Shown one piece after another: positions 1-12,140 of a stretch of 64,000 nucleotides of DNA. Below the pieces are notes generated by a model. The model was given only the letters and a program-made list of their open reading frames with translations. It was not told the origin of the DNA and made no database searches. The DNA is from Haliotis cracherodii (lineage: Eukaryota): the NCBI RefSeq assembly GCF_022045235.1, contig NW_027266286.1:12214001-12278000 (forward strand). Reading direction: 5' to 3'. Positions within the stretch are counted from its first letter, which is position 1; every line of letters starts with the position of its first letter. The translations under genes were made by a program, and so were the position numbers.

Positions 1-809
1 CCTACTAAGCTTCCGTAAACCATCGAGGGGGAAAAACGATTTTTTTTGCAGTCCGCAAAATTGGTGTTTTTAGGGAAGCACGTTATATTAACGTCAAATA
101 TATTTCGTAAAGACGTCATAGTATAATTGTATCCTAGCACCCATAAGGTCCCCTTTCTCCTGGTGGGTCACAATTGTTTCTAAAACAAGCCGAATGTTTC
201 ATTCATAGCCAGTGAACAACAAATATTTCATCGCCCAACATTAGGTTACTATTAGAAATCAGCTGTTTCAATCAGAGGTTTTTTATTGTGATTTGAAACC
301 TCTGACTGACAAATCTAAATCTAACATTTTCCAAACTTATGGCAGAATATACAGTTGCATAAATATGGTTAATATACCACGGGCATAAGGTAACCAGTTC
401 TTGAAATATGTGAAAAAGGGAAACGAAATGGGATCACAGAGTTGGACTAGTCTTTTTTAGTACCGTAGTGTGTATAGATGTTGTCCCACTAAATAAACCC
501 ATGGTTGATTATAGGTACAGGCACCTAAGTGAAAGGCAATTAGAAACACCAATCGCAAATTTTCACAAGCATCTGCCATTTGTATGTTCATCTCCATACG
601 TACCACTCCTTTTAATAAATATGTTTCCGCCCTTTGAAGTAAAACACCAGTATCGACATCTTGCACCACAAGATGCGTGACATGTAAAATGCCTTGAGCT
701 GACATCACGAGGATGGGCTGACTTTCTTGGAATGGCGCAATCTGATGGCGGTCGGGACGCTATTTTGAAAAGGCTTCTTCGTGAAGTTACACATCTTTGT
801 CAAAATGTA

Positions 810-1260
810 TACCCATGGTCAACACGGCATGACTGTCGTCTGTCTGTCCGTCCGTCCGTCCGTCCGTCTGAAATCATTTCGTTTCCGGAGCGTAACTCAA
901 AAACCGTTCAATATGTGTCAACAAAACTTGGCAGTTATATCAAACAGATCAATTAGAAGTGGTGCCTTATGTTATTTACGGATTTTGACATTTGTATTTT
1001 TCTCGATTTCCATGTTAATCTCAAAAGGATCAGGGTAGGTGTCGTTTCCGGAAAACAACTTGAAAACCAACCGTGAAAGATGTTTCATCTTAACCTAGTA
1101 CATGTTTTAATCCAGGGCTAAAGTGGTGCCTTTTGCTGTTTTGGATGTTTTCAAAATTTGATTTTTCCCTGTTCATATGAAAAAAATGTTAGACTTAGCT
1201 GAAATGGAGGTAGGTGTCGTTTCCGGGCCAGAACTTATAAAAACTATTCAACATTTTTCA
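810..1260 (+). mobile_element. Non-autonomous Helentron/HINE-like fragment (GTCY microsatellite followed by degenerate ~170-bp core repeats)
   Basis: (GTCC/GTCT)n at ~835-870, then recurring TCGTTTCCGG...AACT..AAAAC and GTGGTGCCTT blocks. The same core motifs recur at 28680-29170. Termini not resolved. Confidence 0.4.
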
Positions 1261-1262
1261 AG

Positions 1263-1378
1263 CTTCAACCAATTCTTGCCGTACAAGGCGACTATGTTTG
1301 TCGTAAGAGGCGTCTAACGGGACCGGCTGGTAAGGTTCGCCGTCTTGGCGTTAAACAACAAACAAACAAACAAACAAA
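1263..1378 (+). mobile_element. SINE-like family B fragment, internally deleted, with (CAAA)n tail
   Basis: Shares TTGCCGTA.AAGGC / TTGTCGTAA.AGGCG.CTAACGGGA with the copy at 15533-15784 and ends in (AAAC)n. Confidence 0.55.
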
Positions 1379-1519
1379 TGAAATTAAGATAATTTATGTG
1401 TGCCCTTAAACAAAGCGAACTCTCCTATTTTACGAATATGTGTAATAAGTATCTGAAACTCTATGTTTCCTAAAAGTTTGATAGAGGATACCATTTGCCA
1501 TCAACCTGCTATATAAAGC

Positions 1520-2175
1520 AATGTGTCCGGATATTATCAAATATAGTTAACAAAATGTGTCTTAACAGGATTCAAGTAAATGTTTAAGTAACTGATAATG
1601 AATATGATTAGCACCTGTAGTAGTATCATGAACTTGCCCTAAGGCCCTATGCAGCTCATGAATGGAAATCATTATAATCCTCACCATTATCAGAATTAAA
1701 ATCAATTTTATTTTATTTTCTTGTTATTCTTTATATTTTTTATATTTGGTGTATTATTTAATGAGGAAGAATGTTTAGCTTAAGTTTTTCCTAGTCTGTT
1801 TGCTATATCACTTTCATCGGTTAATAATGTGCCACCCTCCTTAAGATGGTGAACACTAGATTTGGATCCTTTACCCTATATCCTTTGCATCATATTCCAA
1901 ACCTTAGAACAAGGGGTTTTGGAATTTATTTTAGAAACATAGTTCCTGTCAACAGTGGCGTTTAGTTTATTTAAACCTGCGACGAGCTTTTGCATATAAT
2001 ATTTAAAATTTATTTAAATCATAGACAGTTGGGTGATGGCGGACATATTTCCTGCCTTTGTCCTAGCTCTCTTAGCTTGTTTACATCGGTATTAAACAGT
2101 GATTTACGAGTATACGTGAATTTGTAGGGGACTAAGGGATATATGCATCAGTAATCTCATTAAAAACGCCAGAAA
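1520..2175 (-). pseudogene. LINE ORF2 remnant (linker between endonuclease and RT); 3'-most recognisable piece of the interrupted host LINE
   Basis: Minus-strand translation across stops and frameshifts gives NYVSKINSKTPCSKVWNMMQRI, DIANRLG, DFNSDNGEDYN and IHYQLLKHL, typical of I/Nimb-like ORF2 just upstream of RT. It joins the 3361-3594 piece once the BEL insertion is removed. Confidence 0.7.
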
Positions 2176-2213
2176 CAGCCTGGTACAAATGATGAAGAGA
2201 AGGCAAACAACAA

Positions 2214-2831
2214 ATGATGGACTTTGCATTGCTGCACAGAATCAATTGGAAGTTCATCACGCCTTTGAGCCCACACCAAGGTGGAATCTATGAAAGTTTG
2301 ATTAAACAAGTGAAAAGATCTCTTAAGGTCATCATCGGTCAACAGATTCTCAGCTGGAATGAGTTATCAACTGCATTTGCAGAAGTGAAAGGTTTGCTGA
2401 ACGCAAGACCATTGTATTATACAGCACAGGATCCTAATGATCCACAAGCCCTAACACCCAACCACTTCCTGTTAGGGAGAGCTTCCATAAATGTTCCACA
2501 AGGACCGTTCCAGGAGACAAAGAACCTACATGAAAGGTTTGAATATGTGCAGATGCTGGTGAAGCAGATTTGGAAGAGGTTTCTACGAGAGTATCTACCA
2601 ACTCTCATGCGTAGGAGCAAGTGGCTTACACAGGGGAGACAACTCCAGATAGGAGATATTGTTCTGCTCATGGACAACAATGCACCAAGAGGAAAATGGG
2701 ACTTGGCAAGAATCGTTGATTTATTTCCAGGAAAGGATGGTATTATCAGAAATGTCAGAGTTCGCACCAAGAACGGTGAATACAACAGATCAGTACAGAA
2801 ATGCTGTCTGATCCTGGAATATTTCACATAG
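2214..2831 (+). pseudogene. BEL/Pao integrase C-terminal part (DDE third acidic residue plus C-terminal domain)
   Basis: Motifs WKFITPLSPHQGGIYESLIKQVK, LNARPL, LTPNHFLLG, W..EYLPTL..RSKW, GDIVL and GKDGIIRNVRVRT are characteristic of BEL/Pao pol. 5' truncated. Confidence 0.9.
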
Positions 2832-2869
2832 ACTGTTTTCAGATGGCACTTGGTTGCCCCCGGAGGATT

Positions 2870-3355
2870 TGGTTGAAATGACATTTGAATCTAAAATAAC
2901 TAATAATTAATTTCATTTATGCCAAGAAAGACATATTTTAGTTTGCCGGTTTGATCAAGCCGTTTTGGTATATGTACTGTGCTCCAAAATAATGATGACT
3001 CCCTGTTGTGTTTTGCGAGCTCCAGCGATGAGCGTGAGTGACCCGCGATGGTCAAATGTGTGAGAATTTCTGTGTGTTGCAGAGACTTAGCGGCTGAGCA
3101 CTAATCTTCAGGTATGAAATACTGTTTTTTGTTTAAAATATTGTCATGTCATAAATGCAAGTTTAGGAAATACGTCAACTTTATTGATAATTCATTTTGC
3201 ATTTTTCAAAGCGCGTGTTGTTCGATTTTCAATCATCTTTGAGTGCTCAAAATATATGCTGGAAGTATTTATAATGTTTTCAAGTACTTTGATATCCCCT
3301 AAATGGTATAACTATTCTTTGTTGCGTAAATATCTTCTCTTCATCATTTGTACCA
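2870..3355 (+). repeat. BEL/Pao 3' LTR (~486 bp)
   Basis: Follows the pol stop and a short purine run (GGAGGA). Begins TGGTTGAAATGA and ends TCATTTGTACCA (imperfect inverted termini). Confidence 0.65.
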
Positions 3356-3360
3356 CAGCC

Positions 3361-3594
3361 TGAACAGGATCATCAACTTCACTGAAACACTCAGGTCTGA
3401 GTTTATTTGTGCATAAATCTGAACCAAAGACCACTTAGCTTTTATAAAATTCCATCTCGTCAGACTGATCTACTGATGAAAGGATAGCTGGAAAATGATC
3501 ACTTCCACAAAGGTCATTGTTCAGTTAGAGACAAATCTTAAGTGCCAGTGGCATGATGCAAATAAGTGTTCGAGTGATCATTAAAGATACATAG
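3361..3594 (-). pseudogene. LINE APE endonuclease C-terminal piece
   Basis: Minus strand reads LCIFNDHSNTYLHHATGT ... NDLCGSDHFPAI ... RWNF. Contains the APE SDH motif. Confidence 0.8.
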
Positions 3595-6500
3595 TAGTAG
3601 AGTCATATCCCTGGAATCCGTGACCACTTTGTTCCTACTTTTTGTATTATGGATTTGTTTAACTGACATCTTAAACTAAAAACTTAGCCCCCATGACCCT
3701 CTGGAAAATGACTCTTACTCTGCCAGAACGCAAAATTCAAAATGGCCGTCGACGCCAATAGTATATATCTGTAGGAATATCAGCCACAGGCACATATAAG
3801 GTGTCAAATTCCACTAATTTGAACATGATAAATTCATTGAAATCGGGTTTTTTTACATTAGAAGCAATTCTGACCTTGAATTCCAAGATGGCCATCGGCT
3901 GCCATCTTGAAAAACAGAACATATCATATCTCAAATACAAGATGGGCTACGAGAGCAAATGAGGTGTCTTATTTCACTAATTTTAACATGATAAAACTAT
4001 TGGAATGGTTAATTTTATCCTTGGGATCATATTTATCTCAATATTCAAAATGGTCACTATATATGAAATTTTTGGGGTGTTTGAAGTCATAATTATATGA
4101 GGAGGTAATACTGTACTAAGAACTACAGAACGCAAGTAAAAATATGCTTTGGAAACTCCTTACACTTATTCACTACATGATTCATTGCATGAGCTCTCAT
4201 CCCTGCCGTCATCAGAATCACTAGATAGATCACTGTCATTATCGTCTACTGGTGAGATTGCAGGTAAGGTAATTGTTGAAGGTAAAGCAGGCTGTGTGTA
4301 ACGATCAGGCAGGTAAAGGCCAGGATCCCAATGCCAAGCATGACCTATTGGAGAGGGGTGTTCTCTACCCAAACTTGTTAGCAGGTTCTGTGCTTCTTCA
4401 GAATGCTGGATGCGATGGACAATACTCTTCTTGCCAATCCGATAGACACCAGAGTTATGGTCGCATCCAGTAAGCACATGAATTGGTGTAATGCATTCTG
4501 CCATTTCCTCGTCACACAAGCATCTAGCAGAGATCAGTTGGTGTTTCTTTTTGATACACATCAGATGTTTTTTTAGCAACATATGGACCATTGTTTCATA
4601 GAAGAGGTACAGACATCGTACACCACGATTGAAATGTTTTGCTCGGAGTGCTTGATCTACCGACCCTTCTGCAATTACGCCTGCTGCCACTAACACATCA
4701 GAAATACCTGAACCCTTAAACCTCTTGTAAATCGCATAGATGAATGACATTTGGATGCGGAAGGGTGCCATGAATGGAAAAATTTTGCTGAACTGAACCT
4801 CCTTCTCACTTTTCAACTCCAGTAAGTAAAAGTAGACCGGATTATCACCTAAAATGATTGCGAAATGATTGACTTAGCAAGTTTGCACATCACACTATAG
4901 AGGATGGTCTTACTAGGCAGGTCAGAATATGTCATGTGGTATATTGCGCGGCTCTTGACATGGTTGTGACATGTTAGCTGTTTTCACCAGGCACTTGCTG
5001 TTCTTCTGGCTTTGGTCTTGAGAAGTCATCTTGGGCTCTGGCCAGTGCATGAATAACACCACGTGTCCTCGGAGTAGATGTGTCCAAAAGAATACTGTTG
5101 TTGTCTGTCTCTGTCCTGATGGATGGCTCTCCACGCTTAACTGTCTTGTATGGATCAATCCTCTGCATTTCACTTCAAAGTTCCTTGAGAAAGGCAGAGA
5201 GAGTTGAGGCCAGTTTTGCACTGGGAACTGGACAAGTTTCATGACTCTCCAACGGTTCCGAATCAAAAGTTCTGGTTGAACAAACATCGCGTTAGTGCGG
5301 TGAGGTTGATCAGCAGTAGCAAGTGTGTCACTCTTGAAGTCATCATTGTCTACTATAGCCACAGCAGGTTTGCCTTCAGCAAGCTCGAAAGGACAATTCA
5401 ATGAATGCTTTAGGTCAGTCGCTACCCAGAAATCCCGAAGCATAAGAACACATTTGTAGGTGATGCCCAAACCATCTTTGTGCATTACATTCATGATCTC
5501 CCTACTTTTTGTCAGTCCATGTAGCAGGATTGACATATTCGTCTCAAATGCAGTGTGTTTTCTGGTGATGTAACTTGTGATGAACGGACAGTTGGACAAT
5601 CATCAATGACAGCCATCTTTGGATGCTTCATCCAGGTGATCATCTTCAACTGAAGTTCACTCAGTTCTTCTTCTCTCTCGAATTCATGGATGTATGGAGG
5701 CCAGGGGTCAGTGTTAATGCTCATGACTTGCTCCTTGAGTCGTGCTGCAACATTCATAGCTAGCTGATCATTGCTGACACCAAGTGAATATATTGCAGCC
5801 TCAACATATGTTCCTTCTGCTGTGGTATGACCATAGACCAATTTACTCTGATTCCTCTGATTGCGTTCATGAAATCCGATGCTTTCACCAAATTCTTTGA
5901 TCAGAAGTTCTTGAAGTAGCTTGATTTAACTATTGAATTTTGCCCAAAATTTTAGATGATGCGCTTGTTATCATTCAGGAGACTGTGTACGGTACGGAAT
6001 TTATGATATTTGAGAATTACTTGATGAACATGATTGAAGAAAATACTCTGTGCTTCTCGGAGGTTCACACGCTGAAGATGCTGAGCGCTTTCATCAGTAC
6101 TATCCTTATGGTCACTATTACCAATCACTACTACGCTATCACTTAGCTTTATTTAGATCTATTACTACAATGCAGTGACTAATAGGCACCTGATACCGAA
6201 ACAAATATAACAAAATGTTTTCCTTGGCATCTGGAAATAATATATTCTTTGCAGAATTTATTATACTTACCTTAGCATTAATTATTTGCTTTAACATTCA
6301 AAATCAGTTTTAGGCTGTTGATGTTGTGCTTCAAACAAATTGTTGAGGTCAAACAAAAAAATTTCCCCTCAATCCTTAGATATTGACCAATATCACATTA
6401 CACTAGCACTGGATGGAGATGACAGTCAGATATAATATACAACTCTGTGCATTAAAATTCAAACCAAGATCATTACAATCGGTTTATCATTTCTTAAGGT

Positions 6501-7180
6501 ACGACAATACTATACCCAACTGCTAAAGAAACACATTACATACTTTAGCATGATCAATCTTGGTAGATTTGTTACATTCAACATTTTAGCTTTAATCTCC
6601 TACAAAAAATATCTTTCAAGCTCATATAATTTCCAAGATTTAGCCCTCCGGCATGTGCGTTTCTTTTGTAGTTGAAATATACTTTATATCCTACATTGTA
6701 GGTGAACATTTTGAATATTGAGATAAATATGATCCCAAGGATAAAAGTAACCATTCCAATAGTTTTATCATGTGAAAATTAGATAGATAAGACACCTAGT
6801 TTGCTCTTGTAGCCCATCTAGTATTCGAGATATGATATGTTCTGTTTTTCAAGATGGTAGCCGGCGGCCATCTTGGAATTCAAGGTCAGAATTGCTTCTA
6901 ATGTAAAAAATAACGATTCCTATGAATTTATCTTGGTCATATTAGTGGAATTGGACACCTTATATGTATCTGTGGCTGATATTCTTCCAGAAATATACTA
7001 TTTCATGCTATCAAAAATGGCGTCGACGGCTATTTTGAATTTTGCGTTCTGGCAGAGTTAGCTGTCATTTTCCAGAGGGTCATGGGGATTATTTTTTTAG
7101 GAAAACATGTTAGTTAACAAATCCTTAATAAAAAAGGTAGGAACAAAGTGGTCACGGATTCCAGGGATATGACTCTACTA
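3595..7180 (-). mobile_element. Academ (AcademX-like) DNA transposon, internally deleted
   Basis: TAGTAGAGTCATATCC termini. ~460-480-bp TIRs (3595-~4057 and ~6702-7180). Probable 3-bp TSD TAG/TGG with one mismatch. Internal Academ-type transposase motifs. Confidence 0.8.
4166..5841 (-). pseudogene. Academ transposase plus XPG/FEN-like nuclease remnant, frameshifted
   Basis: Fragments DNDDFKSDTL...H, PFRIQMSF..AIYKRFKGSGISDVLVAAGVIAEGSVDQALRAKHFNRGVR and HVLTGCDHNSG...IGKK (H3TH-like), spread over ORFs 5512-5841, 4922-5599 and 4166-4816. Confidence 0.75.
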
Positions 7181-7451
7181 TGGGTCATTATTTGATATGA
7201 AATCTTCTATTATTTTACTTTTACTATTATTGTGTGTACCACCCCAGAGTAGGCTATGACAATTCAAATCACCCATAATTATACAAGGCTTTGGAAGTTG
7301 ATCATAGAGAGATTGAAGATCAAACTGATGAAGAGTTGAGGAAGGCAGAATATATAGAGAGCTCAATGCAAAAGCAAAGTCGGAAAGCAACAGCTTGAAG
7401 GTTAGTTTTAATAATAACAGGGCTGTGGATGACATCCTGCCTCACAATTAT
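7181..7451 (-). pseudogene. LINE APE endonuclease middle piece
   Basis: IIVRQDVIHSPV..KTNLQAVA ... SLYILPS ... QLPKPCIIMGDLNCHSLLWG ... IIEDFISNND. Contains the APE GDxN motif. Confidence 0.85.
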
Positions 7452-7964
7452 CACAGCAAAAAAAGTGTAGGTTTCCGTCTTCCGGAAACCTTCCGGATAC
7501 CTTCCCATTTTGGATCCGGCCCGGATACCTTCCGGAAACCTTCCGGAAACCTTCCAAAAAAAATGTCAAAATTTGGGGGGTGCATTTTGTTCACTTAAGT
7601 GTGAAACACATAAAAAAATTAACTTGAAAATACCAAGCAATTTGAAGGTTGTTGAAGGCATCTGGAAGGTTTCCGGAAGGTTTCCGGAAGGTTTCCGGAA
7701 GGTATCCGGATGCAAATTTTCTTCATGACTTGCTTCTGGTAAATAATGTTAGCCTGTGCATTACAGATACCTGTTGTAATATTCTGTGTTATCTTAATGG
7801 TAAATATCCTCCTAAAACATTTTTGGAGAAGAAAATTGTTCAATTTCATATTTTGTCCTTTTCGGATGTTAATGGTATTTAATGAACAAACATCAGTTCT
7901 TGTATAATGATATCCTTAAATTTCATGTCCAGACTTCCAGTTTGTACTGAGAAAAAGAAAAAGT
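7452..7964 (+). repeat. Left TIR with CCTTCCGGAAA subterminal repeats in both orientations
   Basis: Reverse complement of 18726-19249. The ORF track shows mirror-image peptides at the two ends. Confidence 0.95.
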
Positions 7965-8059
7965 TACAGGTACCTGTTGTAATATTCTGTGTTATTTTAA
8001 TGGTAAATATCCTCTTCAAACTGAGATATGTGGGCATGCATTGTTCACAAGTTGTTTTG

Positions 8060-8155
8060 CGACATGGGTCCAATGTGTGAAGCTTATTGCTGGTGTCCGC
8101 CACCATGATATTGTTGCAATATTGCTAAAAGTGGCAAAACAGCATTCTCACTCAG
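8060..8155 (+). mobile_element. tRNA-SINE family A, degenerate 3' half
   Basis: CATGGGT.CAATGTGTGAAGC...GATATTG.TG.AATATTGCTAAAAG matches 16570-16714. Confidence 0.6.
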
Positions 8156-9419
8156 AAAAAAATGGAAAGTCATTGGCTATGTGCTTTGGCATTTGGCCCT
8201 GGTGAGATTAACAGATTAGTTTGGAATGGTATCAGTACTTGTTATATCGGGACAGTGTAGTTTCATGGGAATATAAAACAGAATACAATTGTCCCAAATT
8301 GGTGCATAAGACTAATGGCATCCATAGAAAACACCTAAATAAAGTACAGAAAAAATATCAATGTCATTTGTCTACTAAGGTGGAACTACAACTTTTGTTA
8401 AGTATTTATAGTAGGAAAACATTCAGGGCATTAGTACATTTCATATTTGTTCAGCACCTATGTTATGGCTGATCAGTATTATATATCTTTATGCTAATGA
8501 AGCAAAACAAATCATGTTTTTGGAAAAAAATCTTATTTATTGATTATATGGCATTTCATTGGTACATATCACAAATTGAAATTTGATCAAGCAAGAAGAG
8601 GAACTAGCATAAAGTAACCAGTGGTGTTTGCAAGGCCTTACAGAACAGACGCTTCAATGCCATTTTCTAAATAAACAAATTAGTCAAATCTCAGAAGAAT
8701 TTTATTGAAGAAGAATATCTAAAGTCAATTATGTTTCTGCAGTAAACCACAAAAGTCATTCAGATTTGTATGGTCAGCATCGGTGTACACAACCTGGACA
8801 TAGTCACAGTGCTTTGGCATAAATTCATTCAGACTTCATTAGTGTCATAATAAAACCACCTACAGTCACACTGATGTGGCATTATTCATTCAGAATCATC
8901 ACTTTCTGAGGTGAATCTGTTGCTTGTTATCAGGAGTACTGTTCATCTTCCGGCGAGTCCCTTGTCTGAATTGTGTGAGCAAGATCTTCTTAAATGTAGC
9001 TGGTGTCAGATTGTGAAATCCAGGTACCTGAAACATTTCATAACATCTTTAGAAACTTGTTAGTCAAAAGTTATGAAACACACACATATTTACAAATGTT
9101 TAAAGTTGTTTTCTCAAACAGTGAGGTATTGACAATTTATCTTGCAACTGATATTTAACCAATCTTTGAACATGTAAATAAGCCATTGCAAACAGAAAAG
9201 TGTTCAGAAAATACAAAAATGTATCCGGTCTTCTAAAACAATATCACAAGGTTCACCTAAATTTTGCTTGAATGTTTGCATTACATCAAAATGTAACGAA
9301 GGGTAAACAAGACTATGCAAAACTAAGTTACATAGGTTCTTATACATAAATACATAAATGCAACTATTCATAATTATCAAAACACATGTCATGTAAGTGA
9401 TCTCAAAATACAACATAAT

Positions 9420-9545
9420 GAGCGAGTGAGTTGGTATAGTTTCATGCAGCTTGTTAGCAATATTCCAGCTATGGGCTTCACACATTGTACCCATGTGGTG
9501 AATTGAACCCGGGTTTCAGAGACTGTTTCACCCACTAGGCTACCC
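9420..9545 (-). mobile_element. tRNA-SINE family A, degenerate
   Basis: GAGTGAGT tail, TTCACACATTGTACCCATG core and GAACCCGGG (B-box complement). Confidence 0.65.
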
Positions 9546-11009
9546 TTGCACACCAAATACAAAAGAAAGTATATTAGGAATTCAGACAATAGATATTCTC
9601 ACCAAATTCATTAATTCATTAATGGAAGCTATATTGAAATTCAAATTTTGACAAATTAGGATGAGACTGTAGAAGCATTTATCTAAGTTATTATGGATAT
9701 TAATTATCTACCGTTAATTGGTAGTCCATCATAGACAGTGATAAGAAATTCAACTGAAAAGTACAACCTGAACCATCAACTAAAAACTATGTATATTACA
9801 TTAAAGGGGCCGGTCATGTATTACCGGTATGTTCTCATTCATTTTTGACACAACCCTCCCTGAAAGAAAATGCAAAGCACTTTATATTTTATTGTCCATT
9901 TTGTCAAAAGTCTCCCCTAGAGACTCTCACATTTTGGGGTGACCCTCCCTGTTTGTTCTGATCTGAATTCAAATATTCATGACTCATTATCATATTTTAT
10001 CATTCATCCTATCTTTTTTGAAAATTAACTAAATGAAGATTAACAATAACATGCAAATCTGCCAAAATATTGGCCTGGCAAAGTTTAAATTAATCATAAT
10101 TACTGTTATAAAGTTTTGGATCCATCGTCTGTTTCTAAATACAGTGAAACCCAACTTTGACTTGTGTGGCATTGTTGAATCATCTACCCAATGTTCTTTA
10201 TGCATTGATATGCATCTGCACAGAGTGGTCAAAGTCTGTGTCTGACACATAGTGTGCTACAAGGGAGACATCAGTTTGTGTCTAGCCAAACTGTCTGATA
10301 ATCTCAAGGGCTGCCTTGGTAGCATCAAGGGATGTAGCTAATCCTAAATAAACATAAAACAAGTGACACCATCTCTTCTACAGAACACATGATCAAAGCC
10401 TGCCCCACCTTTGATGTTTATTACCTTGCTACTCTAAAAACAGCTAATTAGCAAAATGAACTCAATGTCAACTCATTGTGGACTAGGGATTAACAGGGCA
10501 ATTAGTGTCGGGTGGGTATTAGTACTTGCAATTGTCTGTTAATTACTTAATTGAGTAGTGACGGCTTAGTCAGTTGTGCCTTTACAACTGCTATACAACT
10601 TATCGAGTCAGTTTACTATGTAACATGCTTCTTGGGACCAAGGAAATGTATCTTGCTGGATAACAGTTTTTTTCTAATTTATCAGAGATCAGAAATAATA
10701 ATAATGACGTTTTTGATGTGCATTTCTTTGTTGTGTTCACTAGGATGATGGTGATGGTGTTTGAATTATTAGACACTATTTATTCCAAAAGAGGAATAGG
10801 GTTGGTGAAGAGGCAAAGCTTATTTGAACAACATATATATTGATATACAGAAACTGTACAACAAACAGATTAACTGTATCTACAGTTGAAACTATCATGA
10901 TGCAAATTTTCAATGAATCAAAGTCATATCTTTTCAAGACTCAGATCAGGTTGTAGTGATTGAAGGTCACATTAAACTTGCTAATTTCAAATCATTCATC
11001 CCACACTTA

Positions 11010-11230
11010 TGATTTGGTTTTCTGTTTTATGCCGCACTCAAGCAATATTCCGGCTATATGTAAATAATCGAGTCTGGACCAGACAGTCCAGTGATTGACA
11101 TCATGAGTATCGACCCACACAATTGGAATCAATGACATGCATCAACCAAGTCACCGAGTCTGATCGCCACCTGATGGCGTTAGTCAACTCTTTAGGCGAG
11201 CATTGTCGCCCGTAACGGAAAGTATTGGGT
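11010..11230 (-). mobile_element. SINE-like family B, degenerate copy
   Basis: GTAAATAATCGAGTCTGGACCAGAC...CCAGTGAT...CATCAACCAAGTCA matches 15533-15784. Confidence 0.65.
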
Positions 11231-11889
11231 TACAAATATCCCTTGTAAAACCTTTCAACATGTTCAAATGACACATCAAAAGGCCATTGTGAAAAATTGC
11301 ACCATGTTAGGATTCTTAAATACAGTTTCAGCTTGACATTGAGTACTTTAAACTTTAAAGTGAAAAATACATTCACAACAAGTGAGCTGTGTCTGCCAAT
11401 CAGAGTCGGTGAGTAAATTGGAGTAGGGGACTAATTTCGAAGGTAAACTTGTTTCAACGTTTAACAACTACATGCATTTGTGTTTGTATGAGACGACGTG
11501 TGTTTAATTCCATATATTTCACTTCAAAGCATGTTATCACAATAAATTGAGTCGGGTATAGGATAAGTTGGAGTAGAGGCTAATTTCTATTGTAAACTTG
11601 TTTTAACATTTCACAATTATTGGTCTTTGCAAGTTATCAATCCTAGTTTAATTTCATTCATTTTACCAAGGTAAAAAAAAAATAAGGTGTCATTTTCGTC
11701 AAGTAATAATCGCCGTTTTCGCTTTCGGCGAGTATTTCGCCAGTCAGTGCTGTTTTGCTAAGGTGTCATTTCAGCTATAACCCGCTTATTGCACATTATT
11801 AGTTTCAATTTATATTTATAATCATTTTAACCACTGTAATAAGTAAAAAATGAAATAAAAGTATATAGAAAATAAACAAGCACTTGTTA

Positions 11890-12140
11890 TAAAATGTGCA
11901 TTCGCAGGCAATATTTATAAGATAATCCTGCATGTAGCTGTGGCCATCACACTGAAGATGCACTTCACTTCTTTCTCATATGTCCAAATTACAATGATTT
12001 AAGACAGAATATGTACTATTATGTTAAGGGATATGATCTAAATTCAATTCTGTTAGGTAATCCTGAAAGGACGTCAAAAATAAACTTAGAAATTCTTAAA
12101 TCAGTAGAAGACTACATTCAGCTATCCAATAGGTTTTGTG
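11890..12140 (+). pseudogene. 3' end of a CR1/L2-group LINE ORF2 (C-terminal zinc finger)
   Basis: Translates as DNPACSCGHHTEDALHFFLICPNYNDLR ... ILLGNP ... VEDYIQLSNRF, the CxCG..ED..HFF..C..Y tail motif. Confidence 0.7.

Larger units (their letters stand above)
2181..3355 (+). mobile_element. BEL/Pao LTR retrotransposon remnant (integrase C-terminus plus one LTR) with 5-bp TSD
   Basis: TG...CA ends. CAGCC direct repeat at 2176-2180 and 3356-3360. Perfect 22-bp inverted repeat at 2181-2202 and 3334-3355. Confidence 0.8.

Noticed and set aside
457-800. Short ORFs and a Cys-containing minus-strand frame at the window start
   Set aside because: No recognisable domain or convincing splice structure.
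7320-7882. ORFs such as PSGNLPETFRK / GRFPEGFRKV (also at 18808-19421)
   Set aside because: Translations of the 11-bp subterminal repeats in the TIRs, mirrored at both ends.
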